Shown piece after piece: positions 1 to 13,700 of a DNA stretch of 64,000 nt. Position numbers and translations under genes: made by a program. Origin of the DNA: Trichoplax adhaerens (taxonomy: Eukaryota > Animalia > Placozoa); NCBI RefSeq assembly GCF_000150275.1, contig NW_002060952.1, positions 642,482-706,481 of the forward strand. Reading direction: 5' to 3'. The notes below the pieces were generated by a model. It made no database searches and had not been told where the DNA came from. It saw nothing but the letters and a program-made list of their open reading frames with translations. Each line of letters starts with the position of its first letter. Position 1 is the first letter of the stretch.

Positions 1-99
1 CAAACAAACTTGAAGCAATATGTCACGTTGTTTGAAGCATTTGCTACTGCAACATTTAGATAATCTGTATAACCTATCTTTTTTGTAATTTTACCAAAG

Positions 100-2329
100 A
101 TATCAAAATAATAATCGTTACAAATTGGTTACCAAACTACAAATTGATTCTTCCCAATCTATTACAACTTTCGATTGTGCGAACGAATTTTATTCCTGTA
201 AGTTTAAATATATCCTAGTAAGAAATTGATATCACTGTATATATACACGCATGCATAATATTTATTTTTTAGTATTTGAATTCACTATAGATACTAAACT
301 TGCTACAAATTATATATCATACGTTCAGCTATAAAGTATAAAGTACGATAAGTGTATAGTAATAATGAACGAAAAATATTATTAAAAACTATCAACTCTT
401 TTAGTTCAACATGAAATAGATCTAGAGGAAACTCCAATTTATTATAATTCGTAACAGCAGATTTATCAAATTACTTAAAGGATTAACAAAGGGTAGAATT
501 ACTCCCTTGATCAACCTTACTATCAACTTAATAAATTTGCTTACGATTTGAGGAAAATCCTAATCTTTATCTGTCACTTCACTATCTTGATCTCATTAAA
601 CTACTGAATTACATCACCAACTTATATATGCTACGCAGAGTAGTTCATCGCAACAGACTACTAACATAAGACTCTAACGTATTCTAAATAAAACTGGCAA
701 TTAAACACATGACAGGATCAATTTTTACCCTAGATTCCCGAATATTACTAAATTAATAATCGTAATTCAACTATAAACTGTTTCTTTTTACGGTATACAG
801 AACATAACTATAAAAGTCTACTAAGACAGACCAACAATCTTAAATTAACACCCAGATTAAAACGTTCGACTTCACACTGTTTTCTATCATAATGTAACAT
901 AACTTCTACTGTATTTTGCAATCAAATTTAGCCAATAGTTTTACCAGAATAGCAACATGCATTCTATACTAACTAAATATATTGCTTAACTTGCAGTCTT
1001 ACACTGCATAATTCTTAACAAAATTATATTGCCGAATGTTGTTAAATTCTAACCCGAATGAAGTAGTCCGGTTTACTAGATACTAAATACTGAATAAAAT
1101 CTGCTGTAATGAAACCAAATTAAGTTACTTTTAATGCTGCAATACCTATTTAAAATACAAGAACTTGAAGGAGAATTCTAAAAAAATTAACCTTCATCAC
1201 AGTATTAAATATAACTGTAGCATTACAACTGCAAATTAGAAAGATATTCAGTAATTTGCTTCCTTTTCTATTGGTAAGATGCATTTTTATTATTTACAGA
1301 TATTGTCGTTTGTGGTTCTTCAAGCAAAGGTCTAGAAATTTTTGATATGAATGTCTCTAAATGTATTCAAGTTATTCCTGAAGCCCACGCAAGATCTATG
1401 CATACAATTTCCATTAATAAGGTTGATAATGGATAAAATGTCGTACAATGCCGCGATGTTAGATTTGCATACGTTGTATCAATTATAAAGTTAGTTTTCT
1501 CTTTTTGGTACAACGGACTATATTACTATAGGGATCTACCTATGTAGCCCACCCTAGTCGCGCTTATAATCTTGTATTAACATCAGCTGTAACAGATGGA
1601 ATTAAGCTATGGGACCTAAGAACTTCTAAGTGAGTTAATTTCTAATACTTTACGTTATTAAGCAGAGATAGTAACAATTGTCGTATTTTAGGAGGTTTAT
1701 ACTTAAGCATAGAATTCATACTCGTATTAACATTCAAACTAAAAATCTTACTTTGCCTAATCGACACTGTTAATTTATACGGTAGATGTGTCAGACGTTA
1801 CGATGGTCATGTTAATCGGTCACATCCAGTAGGAGTTTGTATGAGTCCTTGCATGAGGTATATTGCCACGGGTTCAGAAGATAAGACGGTATGTTATGCT
1901 CATATTTGAACGGTCATAATATCAATAATTTTTAGCTTTACTTACGGCAATCTCAACGAGTAGTATATCTAACTATATCATAAATCATTCTACAATACTA
2001 TACATATCTATTGATATCATTTAAACTCTTTATTTATGTCAAGGCCTACTTATATGACGTAAGATCGAATACTTATTCCGACCGCTTAACAGGTCATCGC
2101 GATGTGGTATTTGATGTAGCATTTAATCCTAGGCAACCTCAGGTAAATTTAAGTAACCAAAAATAGTTTATGCAATAGCTTTATTGTCAACTCTAATTCG
2201 TTGATAATCTCACTATAAGTCAGATCTCTTAAGATTTCACCTGAAGTGATCGTTAATCTCGTATAACATTACATTTACTAGCTTGTGACTGCATCGCTGG
2301 ATGGACAACTGCGCTTCTATATTCCGTAA
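100..2329 (+). CDS. WDR27: WD repeat-containing protein 27, 3' part (6 exons; 5' end lies outside the window)
   Basis: Phase-consistent GT-AG exons 100-197, 1300-1421, 1532-1629, 1786-1888, 2044-2142, 2282-2329 give ...NEFYSYIVVCGSSSKGLEIFDMN...EAHAR...AYNLVLTSAVTDGIKLWDLRT...GHVNRSHPVG...GSEDKTAYLYD...LTGHRDVVFDVAFNPRQPQLVTASLDGQLRFYIP*, matching the remembered C-terminus of animal WDR27. AATAAA at ~2398. Confidence 0.9.
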
Positions 2330-5300
2330 TATTGGCATTTTTTAAATATAAATGTGCATGTAAATGTAACAAAATACCGACGATTTCGATTTTCTTTAAT
2401 AAATACGCGTCTTATGAGTAATTTTCACTGCATTACCTCAGTATTTTACCGTAATAATTTCTCTTACGTGAAATTTATGCCATGAATAATTTTACATATT
2501 AGTTTTTATTTTCAATAACTAGCATTAACTTTGATCTATTCTTTTATGTGAAATTTTCATCTAGTCAACCTACATCACAGAATTTTTAACTTATCTGATA
2601 TTGAAATTGAAGCACCTATTTATATAGAAGCCTATTATCGGCAATAAATACTCGATTCTGGACAGATTCTTTTATAGTCGCTATATTTGTAAGAAATACA
2701 ATCACTCTAGTTATTAAAATTGACTTTTTGACTGCTTTTGTCGAGTTGCTGGACAGTTATACCAGCTATGAACCAAATGTTGTTCTCAATATCAGATAGA
2801 ATGGTGTACAAATTATATTTTATGCAATGAAAGTGCTACAAACGTCAATTTCTTAAACTTAGAAACTCGTTCAGGATCAATAAACTGAAATTGACACTTA
2901 TTTTACTTCTGAAGTACTTTGTTATTGCGACTTTAATTGTAGAAATTTACTTCATCAGTGTAAGTAACTCCATTTTTGTTATCTGCTGTCTTAACAATGC
3001 TGCTACTATTCTTTACAGGTATAGAGATTTAATATAAAATTGTGATTTCTTATCGAAAGCATCAAATAGATATTTAAGTGCATATTCATGATGATAATAA
3101 ATATATACGATATAAAGATATTTACATAGCTATCGTAAACCTCGATTTTAAATTTCTTCTTAAATATTGGCAGATTTTAGATGAAAAGAGATAAATATTA
3201 ATTAAATCAAAAGAAGCTTGAATATAGTATATCAAAGTCAATAGAATTTATGTGTGTAGCTAGGATGCTGTAATACCATGGATGATCCAGTAAACTTAAA
3301 CTGTCTTGGTAAACTATAAGCTCCAGTGACACAATGTCGTACTTTAAAATAGTTGCATACAACTGCTGCTTCACAAAATTAATTATTTTTTAGAGATTGA
3401 AACAATATAGCTATTTACGCGTATTTATTCGAATAAATCGAGTTACAGTCCCGTAGCTTAGAATACCTTGGTCAAATATTATTGATTGACTATAGATAAC
3501 TTTAGACGTTAGTGCTCGTATACAACAGTACAGCAAGTATCGTATTCTGTTTTACATTCCTTATTTTTGTACCTTGTCTGTTGATATTGTCGTTTTATCA
3601 TAAGCATCTGAAAAACTCTACTCTACTTTACAGGAGTAACGAAAGGAAAGGAAATTTACGTACATAATACGCATATTAATGTCACGAAGTCAGTCTTAAT
3701 TTCTATTGATAATCTATCTATTATTAGGAGAAATCGATAAATAATTTCAATCTATCGATATGCAGCTTAGTTATCGTCTAGAAAAGGTAAGAATATGATA
3801 GATATATTGCTTATGTTTCGATACATATCCAATTCGTATATATTTAATGAACTTGCATATCTCGATATTACTTATTTTACTGGCTATACCTACAGTTAAG
3901 CGAAAGATATCACTTGGAATATAAACAATGTTATCTTAAAAGTCTTAATTAATCATTAAAAGTTATTAAAAGAAGTATGAAGACAATTTTAAGTGACCTC
4001 AAAGCACGTACAATGCATTTATTGGAATTGTTTAGGGCCATATGTCCAATGATGGAAAATATATAGATATTTTTCGAATTGAAATAGCACATTAAACTAG
4101 ATAAAAACAGTAAAATTCAACAATGACGTCAATATGAATCTGAGATTAAAAATTATTGTTAAAGAAATGAAATCTAGTCATCCCAAAATAAATAATATTT
4201 TTCAGTGGTATGATATATTACATTGAATAGCAATAGCAATCGTAAATTAAAGGAGATTAAAATAAAGGCAACTGTAGCTAATAATTTGTCGATTAAAGAG
4301 CAAAGGTTTCTAAAGTTAGTTTTTTATCGGGCAAATACTCATTAAAGTATGATTCTTGTTTATTACTACATACTACAACGAACATAATTTATATAACACT
4401 GGTAGGTGATATATAATCAAAATTTGAACCCATCACATTTAATTTTAGAGTAAATAGGGGAAAAAATTAGTGCTAGATCATAATGAGTAAATTATATTAA
4501 AGATATAATCATAATCTTAACTGCATTATGAAAACATTATCACTATCAGGATTTTTAACGGTATGCATATCGATAACAGTGTAATTTATTTATCAATATC
4601 AGGCCATAATGTTGAAATGAAAAAGCATTAGGATATAGGATAAATATAATGGAATATAAATTAGGACGAAAATGATTGCAGTGATAAACAGAAATAAATT
4701 GTCAATTTTACAGACAACATATGTCATCTCAATCATCATTACTGAGAAATATCAAAAGGAATATTTTGCTTTGATTGATGATAACAAAATAATTGTATTA
4801 CTAATATTTCTAGGAAATAAAATAATAGATGATTAGTGTAATCGATTTATATTATCTATGAGTTGATAGATGTATGCTTCTTATAAATGTAAAGACAGAA
4901 ACCATCATGATCATAATTGGCATCTGTTCATTTAATTGAAACGCACCAATAATTACTAATGTCAAATATACCGTTAGACAATAACTATGTCTTTTCTACG
5001 ATTTTTAAAAGGAAATTTATTTAATTAATAACTCATTAAATGAAACTACATAAACTGTCGTTTGAAATTTTTTATACCGAATAAATTTATGACAGAATTT
5101 ACATTGTATTTAAATATTAATTAACAATGATTAATATTAGAATGTTTAAATGCTACAAGCACCCTTATTACAAAAATCAATGGATCTTTTATTTAACTAT
5201 CAACTATTAATACTGTTAACTTTTTCAATTTCATTATTGTGCTCTTTGAACTATTTAATTAATTGGGCAATAGTACTGTGAAAATTTGAGCTTTTACAGA

Positions 5301-5938
5301 ATTTTGTAAGTTAAAGGAAAAAGATTTAATAGGTATGACCTTAATGCCACGTATTTATTTTAATATAGGGATTGCAGAGATTAGTTAACTGTCATGATCA
5401 TTTAGGTAAGTAATTTAATTATAATTCAATATTGTAGCATAATATTGTCAATTTTCATTAGTAAACATGCTAGATTATGAAGTCCCCACGTAATATTACT
5501 ATAACCTATTATCTACTATGTTAGTTGCGCTAGCATAGTTATGGTACTTCGAAACAGACAGATTGGGAATAAATGAATTGCATAATGTCTTTGACGCAGA
5601 TAATTGACCGACTTTTAGCGTTTATATTAATGTTATTCTTTTTGTGAATATAAGATACGCAAAGATGAAAGGCACTTCATATCAGATCTAATTTGGACTA
5701 TTAAAGATTAATTAATGGATATTAGATACCTTAAAATTTATAACAGCTATCCATATATGAAATACTTTGGGCTCTTCTATATTAGTCAGTAGCAAATAGT
5801 TTTCATATCATTTTAAATGAGAATAATTTATTATACTAATTGCACGTTCATTTTTGACCAAAAATGAAAAATAAAACCAATAGTCACTACTTGTTTACTT
5901 TTACCTATCACACATAATACAAGATATTTCCTTCAAAG

Positions 5939-5958
5939 TATATATATATATATATATA
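5939..5958. repeat. (TA)10 microsatellite
   Basis: Direct inspection. Confidence 0.9.
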
Positions 5959-8900
5959 CTTCTCATTTGCTTAGTGATCAGGTAAAATTTACAGGAATTT
6001 AGCTTTAAAGTTAGTCGAGCGAATTAAGAAAAGATCAAAGGTTAATTGTTGATGCAAATGAAGGGTATCATTTGCAATATCATAGAGATCAACAAGACAC
6101 CGACGGAAATGAAAAAGAATAATTAATCCAATACAACAATAGCTATAATAATTTTCTGTTTCAGAGAAGTAATGAAACACCTGATAAATTTCCGTTATTA
6201 ACGTTAATTGAAATATTATCGATAACAGTCCTGTCTAAGTATTCTGAGAATAACCTAAGCTCACGAAATTGTTTTTTTAATATCTGGGAAGATAGACAAG
6301 TGAATGCATTTGTTTCATATTTTAGCCGAAATAGTTATTTTAATGATATCGAAGATTTGAAATAAAAACATGAATAATTTTATCACCAATACTATATTGC
6401 TGTATCTTGATAGTTTAAATGCCTTAAATGAAATTGAATTATGTATAAATGATAGCCACGGTTATTAACAAAACACGAAAGAAGAAAATTAAATTACCCT
6501 CAATGGTTGTCATCTAATAATAATAAAAAAATTTTAGTCTGATTCCATCATAACCTGCAAGTATGCCATGGAGAGCCATAATGATCTACTCTTGTCTATT
6601 CAACCGTAATTGCAGTACAATATTTACTATTAAAATTATTACTTTTATTATTGCTTCTTACTCATAGTCATTTCAATTGAAATAAAAAGATATTGCAATA
6701 GAGGTGTTTGTTATCAAAGTTATCTCCATATCAATAAGCGGATTTTATCTTGTTTTAGCCTTACTGTCAATTAATAACTTTCATTCGGCAGATTTCTGTA
6801 GCATGAAATCAATTGATTTAGACATATCGCAACATTCAGCCTATTGAGATTGAAAGATATAAAGATGATGTATTTTATTATGACAGTTTGTCGTTAGCTT
6901 GTATTATGATAAACGCAAACCCTGGTTTTGAACTTTGAATCCGCTCTTTGAAGTAAGACCTTGGTTGGAGAGGAGAAATTAAAAATTTTTACCCTCGATC
7001 ATCTGCGTTGTACACCGTACGGCACTGACTAACTAGCATCTTAACAGTGTACTATATTATAATGCGTGTCCTATATATGATATCGTAGACATATTATAAA
7101 GGATTAAGGTCGATAAAGTAGGTTAAAGAAAATCTATATTAATAATTCATAATTCGCCGGAGATGCTTAAATTGTTCAATTGCTGTACGAGAAACTATAC
7201 GACGCAGTGTCGTCAAATAAATTAGCCGTAATTTGAAAATTGTGTAATCGTTTGCTTGATCGAAGATTTACCTCAATTTATCTTCAATATATAGCAAAGA
7301 AAAAGAGGAAGCTTTACAGTACTTCTATACTTTAGCAGCTTTAGCCAAAATGATGCACCTCCACTGTTTACCCTTAATGTCATCCTTTGCAAGCCGGAAT
7401 TTTAATAATAAAAGCGTTTAATATATTGTGTACCCCCCCCCCCAAAAGGGTTCATCAATTGTATTCCCGGATAGTTGGCACTTGAGTAAAAGATATTTTA
7501 AATATCAGTCTAGCAATATTAATATGCTTATTTTTTATACGACATTTTTCTCGTATGGATAAAATTACGGTTCATTATTGCCGGTATTAATCAGAAAGGG
7601 CTAAAATCAGGCAAATGATTGATCCGATGATAATTTGCCGAGAATGTGGTTGTTAGCATCATACCTCGCAAAGTTCACATTGAAGCATTAGCCAAAATCT
7701 CCTTACTATATAATTTCACCAATATTGTTAATGATAAGGTTAAGTAATGAAATTAGAGACAAAGTTATTGTTTTAATATCAGATTATTATCAAAGATCAA
7801 ATTTGTCAGCTATTGTATCTTGATGAGGTTCGGAAAATAACAAAATTAAAGACGGACTCGTTACTAGATTGCCCTTGCGTTAGCATAGGTAAATTTACAG
7901 GCATGGTAATTGTCGTTGCCGAGACGGAAAATGCTAAGTGTAGCAATTAAGAATATTCTTCAAGATTTTTCTACCCTCTTACAGTTATAGAATGATCGAT
8001 TGTACCAGCGACATATTTCAAATCGTTTAAAACGTTTCAAATAATTTAGAAATTATGTAGGCAAGCAGAAAAGGATTACCCAATTGCACTACCATTCTTC
8101 AACCTTACCCACTGAAATTACCATTAATTCTAAGTAGAAGAGCATCATTATAATTTTTGAATGTAATTTAATGATTCGATTTTAATTCTTTTTATAAACA
8201 AAGTTAGCCTTGCTTCGCCACAACAGAGGCTATTTATCTTGCTACAGGTTGTTTTCGCTAGAGTTATTACTGATATTCTAATCAGATTAATCATTTTCTG
8301 TTACTAATTTTAGTCAGTTTATATGATCTTGATAGCCTATATCATATGCAACTCATTTATTAGAACATTTCTTCAATTTGATTCACATTTTAAAACTATA
8401 ACAATTCGTTTTCATTTATAGACGTTATTAACGTGATGTTATATACTGTAGGATTGGCATCCTTTCGAATGGATTATGATCCATTCGATACGAATATTCA
8501 CACTAGCAGCAACTTATTTATATTTTTATTCAAACCTGTGAGCTACCGTATAATTTTAATGACTATTACATGTGTAGGTGTATAATTGAATAATACATTG
8601 TAGTTTTTTAAACATTCAATGTGTATTGAAATCTTTTCCTTTACGAAAGTACTATAATAATCTCTTCTTCGCTTTCTTTGGCGTACAATGATTAAAGGAG
8701 TCTATTTACGGACTAGATTCTCTTACAAAACAGCTTCTGAAAGTTGCACTACAGGCTACTGTACCCGGAAGTAGAAAACCTTTTACGAGTAGAACGATAT
8801 TTATCTTCGAATCAGTAAAAGTTGTTTATCCGGTCAAGCATCTCCTACGGAGTTGTCTTAGTAAACTAAATAGAAATTTCATAGCCCGGTGTTAAAGGTT

Positions 8901-10278
8901 CAATTTTTGTTTATATTTTTTATTGCTTACAGCATGATATACGCTTGTATTGCGTAGAGATAGGAGAAATCGTGGAGAAATTTTTCACCCTTCTACGACA
9001 ATAAAAAACTAGAATCGATAAGGAGATCGATAGCACTGTACTTTATATGCGAAGATCTTAAAAAAATCGCCATTATCGTTTTTATGGTAACCTATGAGAT
9101 AGATTAAAGAATATTCAACGTCGTTATTCTAATACCTCTAATAAAATGTGAAATCACATTTAGGACATAATCATTATAATGCTTCAACTATTAATGGTGG
9201 CTTAACTTAATGGATATGCCCAAGTTCATATTTCTCTTTCTTACTAGTCAATATTGAAAAAAAAAAGTGATGCAAAGCAGTCGTCGTTTATTGTTCGATG
9301 ACACGGTATCAAAGTTAATTGCAGTAAAACTGTACATACTCGTAAGTTGTAATTTCTTGCATCATCATCACTCCCATTTTGCAATTGCTGTTACTGGTAT
9401 GCAAGCACCATCATGATATGAGTCATCATGATGTGCTATTTTCCAATGTTGTATCCAACTTTTAATTTCTAATTAGCTTAAACAATATGAAGTAAATTAA
9501 ATGAGACAAGAAAAAAAAAATTAATTAGCATTATGGTCCAAATCAGACGATCCAAATTGTTTTCAAGCTAGGCTAAAACAAGTCATCTAGTTAAGTTCAG
9601 TTGTGGAGGAACAGTATCATATTAGGATTGGATTGTATGTTTCTGTGCTCTTTTCACTGATGTCATGGTCATTGTTAGTCGTATGCCATCAAGACATTTA
9701 GAAAAGGTGCATAAAATGAAGCTGTCGTATTAACTAACGGTAGATTATTTTGAAAAAAAGATTGGTTTTTAATTAATATTTACAGATAGTGATGATTTCA
9801 AATTGCATTGAAGTAAAGGTTGTATAGTAAAACCTTACTACGGTCAACGGTATCCCGTAGGGAGCCATTACTGGTAATTTGGTTGAGATAGAAATATATT
9901 TACGTAACCGATTAGACCCTTATGCCTACTACAGATTTCCCTTGGTAACTGATTTATTTTAGAAATAAACTTTATTGAACTTGAAAGTATCTGTCCGTAG
10001 TGATAGTAAGATAACCTTTTGTTGCACCATGAACACCACATAACCTATCCTGTTCTAGATTGATCCAAATCGCTCGCATCCATCCATTTTTATTTGCACT
10101 AAGGACTACTCAGTCAATAGGACAATACAATTCTTTTAGCTAGTCCTTGCTTTCGGTTATATTTATATGGCCGTATTCTGTTTGTAGATCGAACTGGACA
10201 TCTTCTTTAGCATGGTAATAGAGAGTCGTACATTTTTCCTCTAGCGGTTTCCCTTCCCTTTTATCCTTAATCCATACT

Positions 10279-10702
10279 AGATGATTGCTAAATTTAAATA
10301 CAACTACTACAATGTCCCAAAATGATCCTAGAATAGTGTCGTCAATATGTAGTCAAGGTTCAAGAAATCACAACAATATTATTCCTTAGGAACAAACATG
10401 TTGCTTAGTAAAGTTCCAACGTATTTTATCAACAGGCCCTTTCAGCCATTTTGTATTACAACATATTTTATCAACAGGCCCTTGCTGCCATTTTGTATTA
10501 AGGTCATCTGGAGATGATTGCTAAATTTCAATACCACTACTACAATCTGCCATAATGATTTTCAAATAGTGTCGTCAATATGCAGTCAAGGTTCAAGAAA
10601 TCACAACAATATTATTCCTTAGGAACAACCATGTTGCTGAGTAAAGTTACAACGTATTTTATCAACAGGCCCTTGCAGCCATTTTGTATTAAGGTCATCT
10701 GG
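10279..10702. repeat. Local tandem duplication (two ~190 bp copies; the first carries an extra internal ~42 bp duplication)
   Basis: agatgattgctaaattt...caaggttcaagaaatcacaacaatattattccttaggaacaa...aggtcatctgg starts at 10279 and again at 10512; the caac..attttatcaacaggccctt..gccattttgtatta block occurs three times. Confidence 0.9.
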
Positions 10703-13700
10703 GCAATGCTTGCGGGAGTCAAAAGAGCGATCAATCATCCTGGACGTCGTACCAAACTGCTGTCAGTCGAACAATCGCTTCGGTCGAGCTTTAGAAGTTG
10801 ATGCGTCATGCCGGGACACTCTTGGATGCCTTCAAGATGACAATACGATCCAACCTTCAACCTACTGACGTGAACGGGGACACCAGGAGGCCTGCAAACA
10901 ATACACTATACGATTGACCTGTTCGTTGTTTCACCCCTATCGATGCTATTGATGACTGAATCGATTCTAGCGTCAAGCGAAAGATGTCGAACGCAGTTGA
11001 GGAAGATAGGGGGAAAAAATATCAAAATGTCCAAAATAATTTCATGTTCAATTGCTAAACTTGGACGCATTTTACAGGGGGGATTCCTTTAGTCTATAGG
11101 TAGATTTGAAATCGGTCCTATTTCTGCTTTGTTAACAGAATAGGAAGAATATTCCATTCACAATATCGACAGACAAAGAGGGTCAAGAAACCGTTTCATA
11201 ATGGACGCTAATCTGCCATCCATTCTATTCCAATGTATGCGGAGTAGAACCCCACACTTAATCTTGCTTGCAAGTTCAGTTCAAACATTGTCACCATTTT
11301 TAATGGTAGAAGATTGCCACTGCACAGATAGACGCAGATAGTTTAGGGTACAAGAGTAAATTCATGTCTTAAAGTAAAATAAACAGGAAATTAAAAATTC
11401 TTCTTGTATTACTTTTGAGCTACTACTAGCTATTATAGCACATAGTGGCATGATTCTACTTGTTCAAAGTCATCAGAAATAGAATTTATTATACCATCAT
11501 CAGTGAAATGTTTTCTTGACGACTCAAGTGATAGCAGCTATGCATCTTGCAACAAAGAAAAAAATTTATTTATAGCTGCTAGCAGCATTATCTGGATATA
11601 TTCAACAACATGCGACAAGATTGATTTCTAATTCTAATGATGATCGCTAGTAAATACAATCAGGTCTAGTAGGTTATTATCAGATCGATTCTATTTCAAG
11701 ACTCTGAGCAATTCATTGAATTTTATTCTCATCACAGGCTAGAGTAACATCAGCTACAGTAGAAATTGATTATTGTGACTACAGCTACCATATCCATATT
11801 AAACTATGACACCATCGTAGACATGGTAGATTGGCGGTAATTCGACTCATAAGAATAGGAAGGATGAGGAATTATGATTGATATCATTCCTCATGAAATA
11901 ACGAGAAGGAGATTGATATCGCCGTTATTTATGCAACAAATAGTAGCCAAAAAATATCGGTCATGATTGGAAATACATGCAGAAGGCACTTGAAATAAGT
12001 GAAAGGTATTTCTTTTAAATTTATTATCACAGCTCCCTGACAAATGCTTTGTAATTTACTTTCAGGCTGTCTACATTTTATGAAAGCTAGTAAGTACACG
12101 GAGAAGCTACCTGGAAGCACATTTCCTTGCCTTTCCGCATACAATATTCCAATAGAGGATAAATAATGTAACGGATTGTAAAGTACAAAGAATAGCTGCT
12201 AATAAACATAGTTTTAACGACGATGATTACCAAGAATTTATCTTTGTTAGTGTCGCTGAGTAGTTATAATCGTATCAGTGAACTAATTTACTTTTAATCA
12301 GGATAGTACTACAACTGTTACGAAATTCTAAAACTACGTTAATAATTTGCATAAAATTTCAACGACTACAGTCAATTAAATTCCGCCAGTGAAATAATTT
12401 AGTTTAGCTAGAAAATAATGTCGACAACAATCAATATTAACCATAAATGAGGCACCTATCTACTACAACGGTAAATAATTTCGTCATTTGAATGGTATAA
12501 ATTAATTGATTGCTATAGCTAGTCAAAGTTTGGTCAATAAGTTAATTAGTCTTATCGATTTCATACTCGTCAAAAGAACATACCCTATGTTTACTAAAAG
12601 TAGTAAACCATTTAGGGATTGATTTGTTATTGTTAAACTATTAAAATGATTAGATGTTATTCATGCTACTTTTCAAAGGAGTTGCGATAATTAATATAAA
12701 AGTTGGCTAAATATGTGAGCTTATAGTTTTTAAACTATGAAATTAATCTTATCAATTTTCTCCAAATACTCGACAATATCATATCGATGCCAGGCTGCAT
12801 ATTAATAATACGTTTTAGTAGCAATATTAAAGTCTATTTCACAGCTCGTGTACAATATATCAGCAAATTATATTCTATCAAATATTTTAGCTATAGTACA
12901 ACATCAGTGCAGCAGTTTAACCCATAAATTAAAGGAATTGGATGCATGAACGCAGAATTATTGCCGAAACTACAATCACAAATAAACAAAGCTACAAGAA
13001 AATATTATAGCAGACTAAATCAATATGACGACTTCTATATTTGTATGACCAACCGAGATAGCTACATCGATCATGCAACGATCATCTTTTGGTTAATTTC
13101 GATACAAGCTGATGTTGGTTAAAAGTTTGTGGTGCATGCTATATGGATTTAAGTCAAACTACACTCGGCTATAGTGGCTAAAAGAATCCATCTGACCAAT
13201 ACAGTAGTTAAAATGTATTGATTAGTTAAATAGTGTAACGAGGTAGAGAACATAGATTTTAATAGCATTGCAACAAGTAGATAACAATCGAAGTAACAAG
13301 GGGAACACTATCTCTTTATACTTATTTTTAGATTCAACTCTATAAGAATTCCTAAGTATAATTATTTCTTAATGTTATTTTACTATTCATGTTTCTATGA
13401 ACAACCGAAATGATCTTCATTCACAAAGACTAATATGTGGCACAACTAGATTGTTTAATGCTGTAGTTGCACTCGCGTAATCACTCTCAACAGGGAAGTA
13501 ATAATTCCCAATAGGAAAGAGGAATGTTACCCTGAGGTAAAAATTCTAAAAATACTTTCAAAAGAAAATAATCGATGTTTGATGTTGATAATAAGATATA
13601 AAATGGATGAAATCTATTTCATAACAGTAATAACTCGTCCATGATTGACTTAAATGGATGGGTTTAGCCTGTCAATATGCTCACCATGACTTCTATCTGT

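Noticed and set aside
8465-8488. Perfect 10 bp hairpin TCGAATGGAT-tatg-ATCCATTCGA (also a near-palindrome at 20283-20308)
   Set aside because: Isolated and too short for a miRNA precursor or MITE; plausible by chance in 64 kb.
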